Assembly (NCBI RefSeq): GCF_009914755.1
Contig: NC_060942.1
DNA from: the human T2T-CHM13v2.0 reference genome, Homo sapiens
Length of the DNA stretch: 64,000 nucleotides
Reading direction: 5' to 3' (one strand)
The notes beneath the pieces were generated by a model. It saw only the letters and a program-made list of their open reading frames with translations. It did no database searches and was not told the DNA's origin. Shown in pieces: positions 13,250 to 27,687 of the stretch. How positions within the stretch are numbered: the stretch's first letter is position 1; every line of letters begins with the position of its first letter. The position numbers were made by a program, and so were the translations under genes.

Positions 13250-13680
13250 AAACAGTAAATGAAAGTGAAATTTTGAGAACTGTTCAAATATATGAAGGAT
13301 ATTTTTGAGACTTCTAAAATCTATCAAAAGAGAAGATTCAGAAGAGGAAGGAAATAGAGTATATAAAATAAGCTACTGGTGAACAATGACAAAACACTGC
13401 CTTTCAGCTAAAAAAGGGATTAAATTGAAAAGTCCAAGAGTATGAAGCATAATGAATGGAAAATGACTTTTACTTAGAAAAAGTTACAAAAACAAAGGGT
13501 ATCAACATATCAAGAAATATCAAGAATAGCTTCAAAGCTATTAGAAAAAAAAGGTCCTTTTCCCCCTAGGAAAAAACAATCACAATTGTATCAGAATTAC
13601 CATCAGCTGCAAAGCATACTAGACAAGAATAGGATAATATTTTCTCATTTCAAATGGAAATAAATCACTGAAAATATTCC
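13250..13680 (+). mobile_element. Very old HAL1/L1ME ORF1-like fragment
   Basis: AAATTGAAAAGTCCAAGAGTATGAAGCATAATGAATGGAAAA and ATCAGAATTACCATCAGC..GCA resemble HAL1/L1 ORF1. Confidence 0.45.
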
Positions 13681-14059
13681 ATCCCTTCAAACAAAATTCC
13701 AATGGGAAGTCGAAGTCTAGATTTTCCATAATGCCAATATATTGTCTAATTCCCAGTAAAGTTCCATTGCTCTTAACAGTCGATCAATGTCAACACACTA
13801 GGGATAGAGAGCCTCATCTACTTATTTTTAAAAATGGAGATAAGAGATAATTTCTGAAAATGGTCCACTGATATGGATTTAATATACACTTGAAACAAAA
13901 GCTGATTTAGATATATACATATATCTTCAAAGAAGCATTCACATTTTGACTTGTGACTCTTTCTGGTGCTATATTGGAAGAGTCACTTCACTGCAAGAAT
14001 TCTGAGTTGTTTCCATCTTAAGACACTGACAGCATCTCAATAACATAAGTTATCACCTA

Positions 14060-14420
14060 ACTGACACTTCCACCTGGAGTGCTTGCTCTATTTCAGATCT
14101 TCATATGACCAGGCTCTTTTCACCACTTAGATTCTCTCTTTAGAGATCTAAACACATAGTCACTCCTTGAACACACAATTTTTACCACTTTGCTCTAATT
14201 TATTTTATTCATGACACTAGTGACAGTACGTAATAAATTTGTTGATTAGGTTATTTTTACTTATTTGTGTTCATTTTTTTCTACTAAACTATAAGCCATA
14301 TAACAGTATGGATATTGTCTATCTTGTTTGTTGCTAAAACAAAAGAAAATAAAGTCTAGAACAGAGCCTGGTAAGTAGTAAGAGATTTAGGCATAATTGC
14401 GGCTGAATATATAAGTGAAT
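14060..14420 (+). mobile_element. L2a 3' end
   Basis: CTAAACTATAAGCCATA..AGTATGGATATTGTCTATCTTGTT...CTAGAACAGAGCCTGGTAAGTAGTAAG. Confidence 0.7.
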
Positions 14421-16714
14421 TAGTTATTGTTTTCATCCAATTAAATTTTACTACAATTCTCATGATCAGTTTCTTCAAACTCAAATGAATAAGGTTCTTT
14501 ATTTCATCAGAATTTGTACTTCATACTTTTGATGACCAAAACTATCACTTAGGTTAATTTAAATTATTGATCTGTCATGAAACATGCTATAAGGTACTTA
14601 GTATGAACAGAATCACAGAGAAAAGGTAAAGCATTAAATAAATATTAACATATACATATATAAAGAAAAATAACTGCATAAGAGAATGAGTAAATAGTGC
14701 TAAAGGGAAATATCTATATTATAAAATTAGAGATGTAAAATCAGTTTTGTAGAAGAGTGTTGTATATACAATTTATTTAACTATTTGAAAGCAATAAAAA
14801 CATATCACTCCATTACTTTCTATGTTTTATGGTAAATAAAGGATTGAAATGGTTTTTAAACTGATGAACCAGATCATAATATGTACATGAATCAATAGGT
14901 AACCTCTCCAGTTAAATATTAGGAGTTGGATTTCTCTTCCTGTCTCTCTCTGAGTACATGTGTGTATGTATAATAATAATAACAGAAGAAATGATCTCGT
15001 CCTTACTTATAGGGCAATTTTTTAGAGAGAAATGGCTTTTCAATTAAATGACTCATTTAACAGTTATAATCTATGTCTAATGTTTCAATTGATTTGGGAA
15101 TATCACAATTCCAAAAATTCTAAAAATGCAGCATATAAAAATAATAAAATGTGAGCAAATTTGTTCAAAATTTGCTATTAATGTATCAATTTTTACAAAT
15201 ATATGACTATTTTCCATCTCACACTAAAATTAATTATATAAATTCTATATTTTAGAGCAACTACAACAAAAATATAAGGAACCACATTTATTCTGTCACA
15301 TCAAATTTCAGTTAAGCCAATATTTAGGAAAGCTTTACAGGAGGGTAAATTTAGCCCTCGAATAGCTTTGATTAGCTGTTGTAAAGTTCTTATTTATTAA
15401 TCGAATTTAATGACTTCTAAGCATGTGTTCTTTCCACTTACCACGGTGACTGCCTCGCCATTTCTTGTTTATATAAATATTCCTCTACTTTGCAAACCTA
15501 TACAAACTTATAGAGACACATAGGTATTTGGATTCTTTTATACCTAATTTAGGCTATCTAAATTTCAATTCGATATTGAATCATTAATCCCACCTTAATG
15601 TATTAGATCAGTCCAAACAAGCTCTTTAATATATCATTTTTCCCAGTTAATCCAACTACAGCATCATTAACATATCATCAACTCTATCAGTTTAGAGATT
15701 AGAAAATATTTCATTATACCATAACCACTACTAGTCAGTGACTAAATAAATAACAATAAATTTAAAAATACAGTTGGAAATATAGAAGAAACTGCTTTTT
15801 AAATTTTGATGTGAAAATTCTGACTGTATACAGGTGTGTAAATGAACATACACAAAATTTGACCTTTGATTTCTATAATCATTGATATTTATGCAATTTA
15901 TTTAATACTATAATATATACTTAGATTTATTGTAATATTGATAAAATATATTACAAGCATCATAAAACATATTTTTAGAAAAGAGACACATTAAAGTTGC
16001 ACAAATTATGAGAGTACTGATCTCAGTAGCTGTCTTAAAAGCAAAGAAAAACACTAGACAGGTAACTGTTGAATATTATCTTAGGTATGCATATCACATG
16101 TAAGTATATGCTCTAAGTAAATATGAAATCATTTATATAAATGATTTATATGAAATTAGATTTTTCTAAAGAAATTAATAGTATATCATTTCTTTAATGA
16201 AACTAGAAAAATTAGACCAACAGAAAGAGAATTTAGTAATTCTAAGAAAATTAATTCCTAGAAATGATGTTATTTGACATTTTCATGAAATAATAAGAAT
16301 GCATTTGCAGCTTACATGAGATTTGAATTTGGTTGGTGATATCCTAAAAAGTAACACCTAAAATAAAAAGAAGAAAAATTTTACAACAAAATTGTAATGC
16401 CCAACTTAAACACTACGAAGTTCACAAAATACCTTTTCTTGACAAAAAAATTAAGAAAAGTATAAAATATAATGCAACTCCCAGGAAAATTAAATCTAAT
16501 TTAAGAAGCATTTGTAGAAGTAAAATGACCAGAAAAATAGTAATGTTTTGCTATTTTGTTTTGCCCTTTTCATGTTACACCTATTTTTCTCTAAGAAGAT
16601 CTTCAGTGTAATGTGAAAACACAGAATATTTAATTTTGCTAAGGAGACTGTAATCCAGCAAAATTGTATAAGAGAGAAACCAGTACATTATTCTTTATAG
16701 ACAACTATACCTTG

Positions 16715-17200
16715 TATCCAAGCAATCCCCAAATCCTGAGCATTGCATTTTTTCCTCTATCCTATGCCTCACATTCTTTTCTATCTCCACTTAGAGCTTC
16801 AACCTCTAATCCTCCATCATCTTTTGCCTGGATTGAGCAAAAGCCTCTTTCTTATTTGATTTGTCCGCATTCAATCATCCACTCCACTTCCAATCCAGTC
16901 TCCAGAGTGTAACCTCAATTACCTTCAACATTTCAAGCACATGGTATCCCCCAGCCCCTCGACACAAATCACTCAGCACTTTCCAATTCTCCAGTGAAAA
17001 CAAAAACGAAAACAAAAAAATCTGTACGTGTCCAATACAAACCCATTACATTTTGAACTCTTCTTCATTTCCTGCCATTTCTTACCCTGCTCTTGATTTT
17101 TGGATCACCTAGGTTTTATTTTAGGCACTTGAGCATTCATTGCTTCTTCCTGCCTCCACTGGAACTCCGTTGCTCATCTGTGGCCAGAAACTGGGTAAAA
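16715..17200 (+). mobile_element. L2 fragment
   Basis: CCATCATCTTTTGCCTGGATT..CAAAAGCCTC and CTTCCAATCCAGTCTCC are L2 3'-region motifs. Confidence 0.55.
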
Positions 17201-17259
17201 GATATACTTTCCCAGTTATTATATTTTGAATGTTTATCTGTCCATAAATGCTTGACTTG

Positions 17260-17725
17260 TGTTGGAAGTAAATGCTAGCTGCCGCCATGTGAAAATAGCA
17301 CTCACACAAAAGTTTTCGCAGCAAGGCAATTTATTTCTATAGAAGGGTACGTCTTGCTTGCAGACGGGGCAATGGTGAGAGCACACCCGACTACGGAGGG
17401 GAAGGGGGTCTTATTCCTAACGCGGCTAGCCCCTACTGCTGTGTCTTTCCCCCATTGGCTAGGGTTGGATCCCACAGTCTAAGCTAATTCTGATTGGCTA
17501 TTTTAAAAAGAGTGAGGGTATGAGCTGGAGTGGCGGAGTTAGTTTTGGTGGGAGGAAGGTTACAGAACAGGTGACTAAGGATGCCTAAGGACAGAACAGG
17601 AGATAGAGGCTAGGTGGGGGTTGTTTACTGAAACTAGGGGAAAGGAGGGTAAAGAAAGAGGAAGTTAAACTTTAAAATGGAGAACAAAGAACAGGGAAGC
17701 CGAACATATTGACATATTGGTTCTT
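17260..17725 (-). mobile_element. LTR10 (HERV-I; LTR10A-like) LTR, missing its first ~30 bp
   Basis: Reverse complement AAGAACCAATATGTCAATATGTTCGGCTTCCCTGTTCTTTGTTCTCCATTTTAAAGTTTAACTTCCTC...GCATTTACTTCCAACA. Confidence 0.85.
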
Positions 17726-17729
17726 AATG

Positions 17730-18268
17730 CATACATTAAGGTTCACTCTTTATATGATAAAATTTGATGTGTTTTGACAAATGCATACAAGTATCTACCA
17801 TTACATTATCATACAGAATGATTTCACTGCCCTAAAATTCCCTGTGCTTCACCTGCTCAACCATATCTCACTGCATCTCTTAACACCTGGAAAGCACTGA
17901 TATTTTTATCATCTATACAGTTTTATCTTTTCCAGAATTTCATAGTGTTAGAACCATACAGTATGTGTAGTCTTTTCAGTGTCTTCTTTTACTTACCATT
18001 ACACGTTTAAGGCCTTTCGTCTCTTTCAGTGGTTTGGTAGCCCATTTGTTTATCTCATTGAATAATATTCCATTTTATGTCCATATCACATTTTGTATTT
18101 CCATTCATCCGTTAAAAGGCATCTTGATTATTTTCAATTATTGATCATTATGAGTGAAACTACTATAAATGTTCACATGCAGGTTTTCATATCAACATAG
18201 TTTTTCAGAGCAGTTGGGTAAATACCTAGAAGTATGATTTCTGAATCATGTGGGAAGACTAAGTTTAT
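17730..18268 (-). mobile_element. L1MC1/2-like 3' region
   Basis: Antisense counterpart of the 3826-4612 type (TTTCACTGCCCTAAAA, TTTTCCAGAATTTCATAG, GGGTAAATACCTAG). Confidence 0.8.
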
Positions 18269-19438
18269 TGTCCTCTCATGAATGTAATTTTAGTTATTTT
18301 ACTTTGCAACTTTGCAATTACTATCTGGTTCTTTTTAAAAATAATTTCTATCATATTATTGATACTCTGTTTGATAAGATATAGTCTTCAAGTCTGCTTT
18401 TAATCCTTTAGTTTTCTTTAGCTCTTTGAGCATGTTTATAATGGCTACATTGAAGTCTGTGGCTGTTGATTTTACGACTTGGGCTTCTTCAAAGCCACTA
18501 TTTCCTTTCCCCACCTATGTATGGGTCACCTGCTGCTGAATCTTTGCATGTCTTATACATTTTGTTGAAAATTGTACATTTTTTATAACATAGCAGCTCT
18601 ATTTATCGATTCTCCCTCCCCAAGAGTGTGGATGTTTTTATTGTTGTTTTTATTTGCTTAGACTTTTTCATGTGTTTAGTGACAGGACTCAACTGTCCCT
18701 GTCAGGTCTATTTTCCCTGGAGTATGCAGTTTCTGATGTTCTCAGTTGTTTTCCTTGTTTTTCCATTAGCCTGGCTACCTAAGCGCCTCTCCTACATCAT
18801 CTAAACTTACTTATCAGTCAAAGGTTGTGCTTAAATCCTCTTAGTCAATTAGGTTTTGACCCTTGACCACTGCATGTACATGAGGCTTGAACACTGCGAT
18901 CACATTTTAAGAATCTTACCTTGTTTTGTCACATCAAGCAGCTACTGGCTTGGATTTTCTCTTTCTGGTTACTGCTAAGAGGGCAAAGCCTGTTCACACA
19001 CTTAGTGTTCCAGGCCGACAGGGATGTGTGTTCTTTTAATTTGTAAGCCTAGTTTCCCACAAGTTGCCCAAGCTCAGCCAGTGGTTGATCCGAGGTTGTA
19101 TTTAAACCCGTAGAGTCACTAAGAATTCTGTTGGTTTTTAAATTTGTTTTATTGTGTTGGTCGGTTTTTAATTGATCTGTGTGGAGCTTGAGAAATGTTT
19201 CAAGCCTGCCTTGTCCTTCTCTGACTCCTTCAGCATGAGGACTCCTTGGCACTTCTGCATTATCCTCTCAACCCCTAGGGGTGACTGTGACCCTGGGACA
19301 GACATTCCAGACTCTTTCTCTGTCTCTCTTTATTAAACTTCTGACTCTGTCATTTTTCTTGTTGACTCTTGTGTCATGGAGTTATGAGTGCCTTTTAATT
19401 TTTTAATTTCTCTCCAGTAAGATCTCCATTGTTTTTGA

Positions 19439-19745
<307 letters not shown>

Positions 19746-20090
19746 GACGGTATCCTTATGCATGACATTCTCCCAGCTCTGCTGCAAATGAGTCAGTTGC
19801 TCAGGCATGGCTATGAAGCTCTTAAGGCCTGGCTCTCCATCCCAGACAGAAACTTCTTGTCACTTCACAAGACCTGGTGTAGAGACAGCAGCCAGTTGCT
19901 ATCACAGTGACACCATAGCTCTGTTAGCAGGTGTTAAGGGGGATGGTAACCCAAGTATTCTTGTCTTGTTTTTCCCAACATGAACTTCTGTCCTATGGAC
20001 AAAGGGCCTCAGTATTCTTGGCCTCCTGTAGCAGGACTAGCCTTCTACTGTATGAATGAGGGGTCAGGTAGGAAAGGGAACCTCCAAACT

Positions 20091-20683
<593 letters not shown>

Positions 20684-21834
20684 AGGGAACCTCCAAACTT
20701 TTGACTACCTACCTTGAATAGAGAGAACTTCTGAATAGAGAGAAGATAACTCTGGGAGCATGAGAGATGCTCATGGCCTGTTCCTCTCTCTCCACCTCCT
20801 ATATGAAAGAAAGAGAGCTTGAGGGACCAGGAGGCCTCTGTTCAGCTGACCTTGGAGGTGGACCTCATTCAATGCCACAGACTCATTGTTCCTACTGAAA
20901 TTTAATTGATTTCTTTTTTGAACGTACGTTTCTGCATTTGCTGTATGCATTAGAACAATTTCTAGAGTCTTTATTATTGTTCTTCAAGTAATTTCTTCCA
21001 GTTAAATTATTGTTTGGGAGAAAGTCTTTACTCTTTTTTCTTCATTCCAGCAGTTAGGTTCTGAACTCCCTGTTTTTTTTTTTTTTTTTGTTTGTGTTTT
21101 TTTTTTTTTTTTTGGTTAGTTTATTTTGAGTTTTCATTAGTATCAACTGATAGTGTACTACTACATTTACTATAGAGAAATCTCAGCACCTTTGAATAAA
21201 CTAAGGTTTGATAAGCTATTTAGCTGCTGTATTCATATTTAAATCAAAAACATGAAGACTTTTGATATTTCACTTGTGATGCAGAGCAGAATTTGAAACA
21301 CAAAACATGAATTAAGGATAACTGGTCTATCCAAGAGATTTAGTTTTGGGTGATACAATGCAGATTGTTATTCCCAGTTCATGTACAAACTCATAAAGAC
21401 CCTTTATGTGTATATTTAATAAAAATTGAAATTAGGAAAATTGAAAAGAGGAATTAATATTTCTTTTTGATGAAAATGGAAACACTGGGAGTGCATCTCA
21501 TTTTCCTGCCATGTCCTCTGATGCACTGGAGAATCCTCTCTATGCCAAAGCACAGCGCCAAGCACACAATATGCACACTAAAACTATTTGCTGAATTTAA
21601 TTGTCAAGGCACATTTTAGACACTTGCTATTGGAAACACACGGACTAAAATTTGGCCCTTGAGGGTGAGCGGCTGAAATTGATAGGGGCTAGAAAATTTT
21701 TGCTGATGTTTCAGCCACAAGATTCAAATTCATTCCATGACCACTGTCGATTTTTTTTTGGTTAATAAAGAAACCAAAACAATGAGATATGAATTAATCT
21801 CAGAGTACTTGGGTACCCTCCTAACAATACGTAT

Positions 21835-22022
21835 ATTTGTTGAGAACTAGCCAAGTACCATACTAAATGGTGCCCATATATGACCTTATGAACTTAGTCA
21901 TGTTGCCATTACCCTTTTACAGTAGAGGACATTAAGTTTATTGTCCACAGTCTGCAGCTAAGAAACAGTCAACTCAAAATTTGAGCAAAGGCAGTCTGTC
22001 TTCACATGCAGCATACTTTAAT
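21835..22022 (-). mobile_element. MIR
   Basis: CCCTTTTACAGTAGAGGACATTAAG...GTCCACAGTCTGCAGCTAAG...AATTTGAGCAAAGGCAGTCTG. Confidence 0.65.
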
Positions 22023-22514
22023 GATATTCAATACTAGGAAAGACACGCTTTATTAATAACCGACACAATCCCTCATTTCCAGGACAGCAGTTATCACTGG
22101 GTGGGTGCATGTTCTCACAGCCCTCTTGATCAAGGATCACAGAGGTTTTAAGCCATTTTTAAAAACTAATATAATTTGATTGCCTTGCTTAAGTATTTAT
22201 GGGTAGATAAATAGCTGTGGCCAGTGAAATAAAACAGCTAATAAAATACTAATGAGAAATTTTGAAATGATACTTAGTGTATGTATTGTAAGAAAAAACT
22301 CCATTATATTAAAAATTATATTAAAGATAGGGAAAAACTTGCATGTGTTTTGACACATCTGTGGGTATGTGTTTGCGTATAATTAATTTTGGGAAAATAT
22401 TTTATCTTCTTTACCAAAAATATTCTATTTAAAATTAAGGACGGCATGGTAAAATGTTTTACTAACATACAGATACATGCAAAATGAAAGCATTTGGACC
22501 CTTTGTATACATTA

Positions 22515-22851
22515 TTTTTACTTATTATTTTTAATAGACAACAATTACATATATTTATGGGGTATAATGTGGTATTCTGAGCTATACACATTCTAGAAAA
22601 ATTCATTACAGCTAATTAATATGCCCATCATCTTGCCAATTTCTCATGTTTTGTGATGAGAATGTTAAAAATACATTTTAGCAACTTTGAAATACATAAT
22701 ATGTTACTAACTGTTGTCACTATGCAGTGGAATAAAAACAGAGTAGAAAAGTCGTTATCAAAGACCTACGGGGAGAGAGAAGGATGAGGAAAAGAAAGAT
22801 GTTAACCAAAGAATACAGTTTTAGACTGAAGGAATAAGTTTTGGTAATCTA
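22515..22851 (-). mobile_element. L1MA-type 3' end with 5' inversion (twin priming)
   Basis: 22515-22734 is the antisense 3' terminus; 22735-22851 is the immediately upstream L1 segment in sense orientation. Confidence 0.8.
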
Positions 22852-25800
22852 TATATTACTCATACAAACATTTTAATGCATTTTGGAATCAACTTATCAA
22901 CTTTCAGCCGTTACCCCCAGGTAATTCTGTGATCTGTCAGCATGCTCTTATAGTTATCATATGAGACCCTATTTGGCTAAATCATTGTTGAGTTCCTAGT
23001 TGGCAGATGTATTATATGTTCCTAATATCATAAATAATGATCATAAATAATATAAAAGTGTAGCTCAAAGTTGTTAAAATGCTTGCTGATGATATTATTT
23101 GTCCTGTGCTCATAACTAGATTACCATATTACCTTGCACAAGGGTATTAAAAAATGAGAAACCTTTGCTTTGTAAAACGGGATGAGTGAATTAAGCCCAG
23201 ATTCTGTTTAAAGATTTTTGACCTTTTTCATTCATCTTATCAATTGGGTTTCTTATTTTTTTCTCTAATTGTATTTAAAATAGATATCTAAGGACTAGAT
23301 TCATTTGGTTATTGATATATCTGTACATGGCTTGTTTTCAATGTCGTGTGTTGCTTTGTTATGGTTTTGTTCATTTACTCTTTTTTCAAGATCGTCCGCT
23401 GGCATTTATACAGTTAGTTGATGTTCAGAATGATTTGGACATTCACTTAAATCAAAATATTTGGGAAACTCTAACAGTGAGTCAGTGAATAGAAACCACT
23501 GTCTAGAAAACCAATGGATATAGTAATATAGTGTTATATGACCAGATTTGCTCACCAAGATTCACAGCATTATAAACGACAGGTAACTTCACCCCTTCAG
23601 ATTCCTGTGACCTTCTGGAACAAATGTTATAGAATGGCACTAACCCATATATTTCACCCTGTCCCTACATGACTGCATATAACGCTCTGATTGATGACAT
23701 TTTCTGACTCATTTATGATGGCCCATAGTCTTATCAGAGTCCATTGGCAAGGCAAAGGCACACATCCAGAATCTGGAATTCACACTGTGCTTAGAGGATA
23801 TCTTTATTGTTCAGTTAGACGTGAAAACATGACAATTCAGTAGGACAACGTATATCTCGAAAGATGAGAATTAAATAAAGAAATTCCCAGCTGAATACCT
23901 GCGATTGAGAATTATAATGCCATTTATTTTAAAACTTAGATCTGCCATAACTGAAGAAGAAAAACTATATGTTAGCATTTGAAAGAAAAAAATTAAACTC
24001 TCACAGCAGCAGTCAGCCTGTCAGAAAATGAGATTAAAACAATTTTTATTGTATAGCTCTATCATGAAACAAAAATATAAAAATTATTGCTCCAGTAAAA
24101 TCTATAAAACCTGCAGTTAAATTGTAAATTTAATCAGTATTGATTGAATTAAAATTTAGAATTCTTAAAAAGCCTGGTTTCTATTTTTAAATAGGCATTA
24201 TGACTTTGGGAAAATAAAAAAGATATAAAATCAGCATTGATTACTTTTCTTTGTAAAACTCATTCCCCTTAAAATACAGTCATTAAAATATGGCTTTTTT
24301 TTTTTTTTGCTTTCTTGTCTCTAATTGCTTGCTCTGACAATTCTTATGACAGAAGTTGCACCATTTTAATGGTTTGGTTTTATTTTCAATCCATTTCCTC
24401 ACCACTTTTTCAGAGAAATAAAAGCATTTGTTAAAATATGAAAATGCAATTCTAGTTACTCTTCACATGCATACAACTGACACACAGTTTCCAAATATTA
24501 AAATGGAATATTAATGAGTTTTAGACACAGAGGTTTAGTTTAGCCTAGTAAAAATAGTTTTATCATTGTATATTATTACTTTATTAATAATAATTTACAA
24601 TTCATTACATAGAATTATACGTAAAGCATATCTTTTTTCTTCCAATGTATGCCATAAGATATCAGGAAAGATAACATATTTTCCATTTATTAGAATTAGA
24701 AAAAAATCATTATATAGACAGTGTCTATGTAGGTTCAGCAATACAATTATTTCTATCAAACATTTTAATGTAATCTACATAGCATATAAATGTTTTCAAG
24801 GCAAAAAATAATTCAGGACTAATTTTTTTTGGACCTATTCACTTGGCTATTGTTTTTAGAATTCATGTACCATGAAAGTAAATTTTTATATTCTTAAATG
24901 TAAGGGCCTATTTAAGATAGAAACAACAAGCATTTCACAAGAATCCCTGGTAGATCTACTGCATATGCAATTCACATTCAGTAAATCAACAAAGAAACAG
25001 TAAATATTGACAGGAAATATTTTTTCTGATTTCATAGTATTGAATCATTCATTCACTTTTGATTTTGTTGGCTAGGAGATATTTAATATGTTATTGTTAA
25101 ATTTTATTCTATCAATGTTTAATGTAAATGCAGAGACAAATTTAACCAAAAGCTAGTGGGAATCCTTACTTCCATGGACAACTTCCAAAACCCTGGGAAG
25201 GAACCCAAATAGTATCTTCGCTTGATCAAATAAATTTGAAGTTTTTTAAACAAATCAATTTTAACTGCAATGAATTAAGGGTGTTGTCTGTTTTGTGCCC
25301 CAAATGCTACTCTATAACATGTCACATGCCTGTTATGGTTGGCATTGGAGTGACTACTGGCATTTGGGGGGGGGGGTGTGTCTAGAAAAGATGAGTTGAG
25401 ATAGATTTAGAGTTTAGTGGAATGTATTTTTATAGTATTTCAGTCACGTCACTGCTTAGTGTCATTATTCCTGCTTGTCCTGGTGGAACCATGGCTCTTA
25501 GGAACGCTCTTGTCTCTCACTACTTGGGAATGAACTTTGATGTGAATGATGCTTTCTGCTGCATGCATGGGTAGGACACTGGTAGAAGGAGAAAAAAGAT
25601 ATGAAATGCTTGTAGCCCAGATGATAGCGTGGGATATTCTTCTCAACTTGAAAGCTCATTTACAAAGAAAACTTGGTAGTGGGTGACAAAATTCCAAATA
25701 TTTCATATGGAGTTGTCAATAAAAATTGTGAAGCAGAAACTAGTTTTTTTGAATCATCACTGATGTTGCAATAATCAAATAACCACATTAGAAAATAAGA

Positions 25801-25856
25801 CTAAACATTTCCATATTCCTAATAAAAATATGTTGCAAAAATATTTACCATTATAC

Positions 25857-26421
25857 TATAGATCAAAAAGAATCTGAGACATCTCAATCAATTCAGAAAT
25901 TTTATTTTGCCAAGCTTAAGCACACATGCCTGGGACACAGGTCTCCACCTTCCCTCTCTTTAAAGATAACTTTGAGGGCCTCAATATTTAAAGTGGAAGG
26001 GGTTAATATTGAGGAAAGGGGAAGAAATTTTTAAAAGGTGTGGGTAGCTAAGAGACGAACAGTTGCATTCTTTTGAGTCTTTGATCAGCCTTTCACTGAT
26101 ACACTATTTATTGTGAGAGGGGTATAGAGGAATAATCACTTATGCATTAGCTTAGCTCATTGAATCTGCATTTTTATATAAGATAAAATAGACAATAGGG
26201 CAGGGGAAGCAATCAGACATGCATTTGTCTCAGGTGAGCAGAGGGATGACTTTGGGTCCTCTCCCTTTTCCTGCACCTGTGAAGATAAGTTGTTTGTTTA
26301 CATTGCCAGGTGAAATTCAACAGAATAAAATGGGAGACAGCTTTGCCTGACACAGTGCCCAGCTTGAGTTTTTCCTTTGACATAGTGATTTTGGGGTCCT
26401 GAGATTTATTTTCCTTTCACA
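25857..26421 (-). mobile_element. MER4A1-like ERV1 solo LTR
   Basis: Reverse complement starts TGTGAAAGGAAAATAAATCTCAGGACCCCAAAATCACT; near-TSD ATAC/ATAT. Confidence 0.88.
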
Positions 26422-27069
26422 ATATGAAGAAGAGCTAGATAATGCAGCCAAAATAAATAAATAATTAAAAGAAAATGGCAAAACTGTATCATAAAGGCAT
26501 GACAAATAGTTAAGTAGTATAACTTATTATTCTGCTTTATCTAATTTTGCAAATTTTTTAAAAATAAAATTTTAAATTTTTTATGATTTTTTTCAGATAT
26601 TAGATTAACCTGTCTTTATAATGTTCATATTTAATTTTCTTCTTGCCTCGAAGTACTCAGATTCATATATACATCATATTATTTTTATACACTTCAATTG
26701 CTGGTGGATTGTTAAAATGACTGGTTGGAGAAAAACATAAATATTTTAAAAACATAAAAATAAATAAATAAACAAAGTATTTAGTTCTGTTCTCACTGTA
26801 ATTATCTCAATCTCTCATAGTTTATTTCTATTATGACAAGAATAGTTTTGAAAAAATAAACAAAACAATTTTCTGGGAATATATAAATATTCTATCACAA
26901 TTACAGCTGGAAACTGAAGATATTTCATTTCATATCCCTAAACATCATGTCTTTATTATATAAACAGACCTCTTCATTGGAATGTAAATATTTTGGGGCC
27001 AAAACAGTTGACCATGGGGGACCACCAGTGACAGCAAATATTCTTCAATCTTAAATTACTTGCCTTAAA

Positions 27070-27685
27070 AACAAAACATGTGGGACCATAGATTCCAAAC
27101 TTTGGGCAGAGGTTGCACAAGACAGTGATTCCTGAGAAGGGAAACAAATGCAGTGAGAGCGTCCCTAGGCTGCAGTGCAAAGTCCCACAGTTTCCATGAG
27201 CTGAGATGAGAGATTAGAGTTCAGCAATACTGAGGCACATAGAAACTGGAGGGCAGGGTATAAGAGACAAGAGCGACCCAGAGATAGAGAATTCTAGATT
27301 CTTCACATCGCCAAGAACTGATCAGCTCATATGTATGAGGAAACTACATGAGGCCAGAAAACAAAAAGAAAACCTAAGAAGAGTTGGGCAGAACAGTTAC
27401 TGGGGCTTACAGAGGGCTGGGAAGAACTTGTGATTCTGTCAGCTAGATCAGAAAGACATCCTAACACCAGAAATATTGAATGGGGTCTGTAGCAGGGTAG
27501 GGCCTTCTAGCTCAATCTAAGAAGTCCTATGAAAACCCTCAAAAGGATTCAAACTGTTCCCAAATGAGTTAACTGAGTCCCAAAACAAAGTTTAATATGA
27601 TTTAAAGATACACAAAAGAATTCAGCACCTAGCGAAGTGAAATTCTTAAGGGTTGGTTCCCAATAAAACATTAGCAAGCATGCAT
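27070..27685 (+). mobile_element. L1MD/L1ME-type 5' UTR (host element of nested cluster)
   Basis: GACAGTGATTCCTGAGAAGGGAAACAAATG and CTGATCAGCTCATATGTATGAGGAAACTAC..GAGGC match L1MDa/L1MEc 5' end. Confidence 0.7.
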
Positions 27686-27687
27686 TT

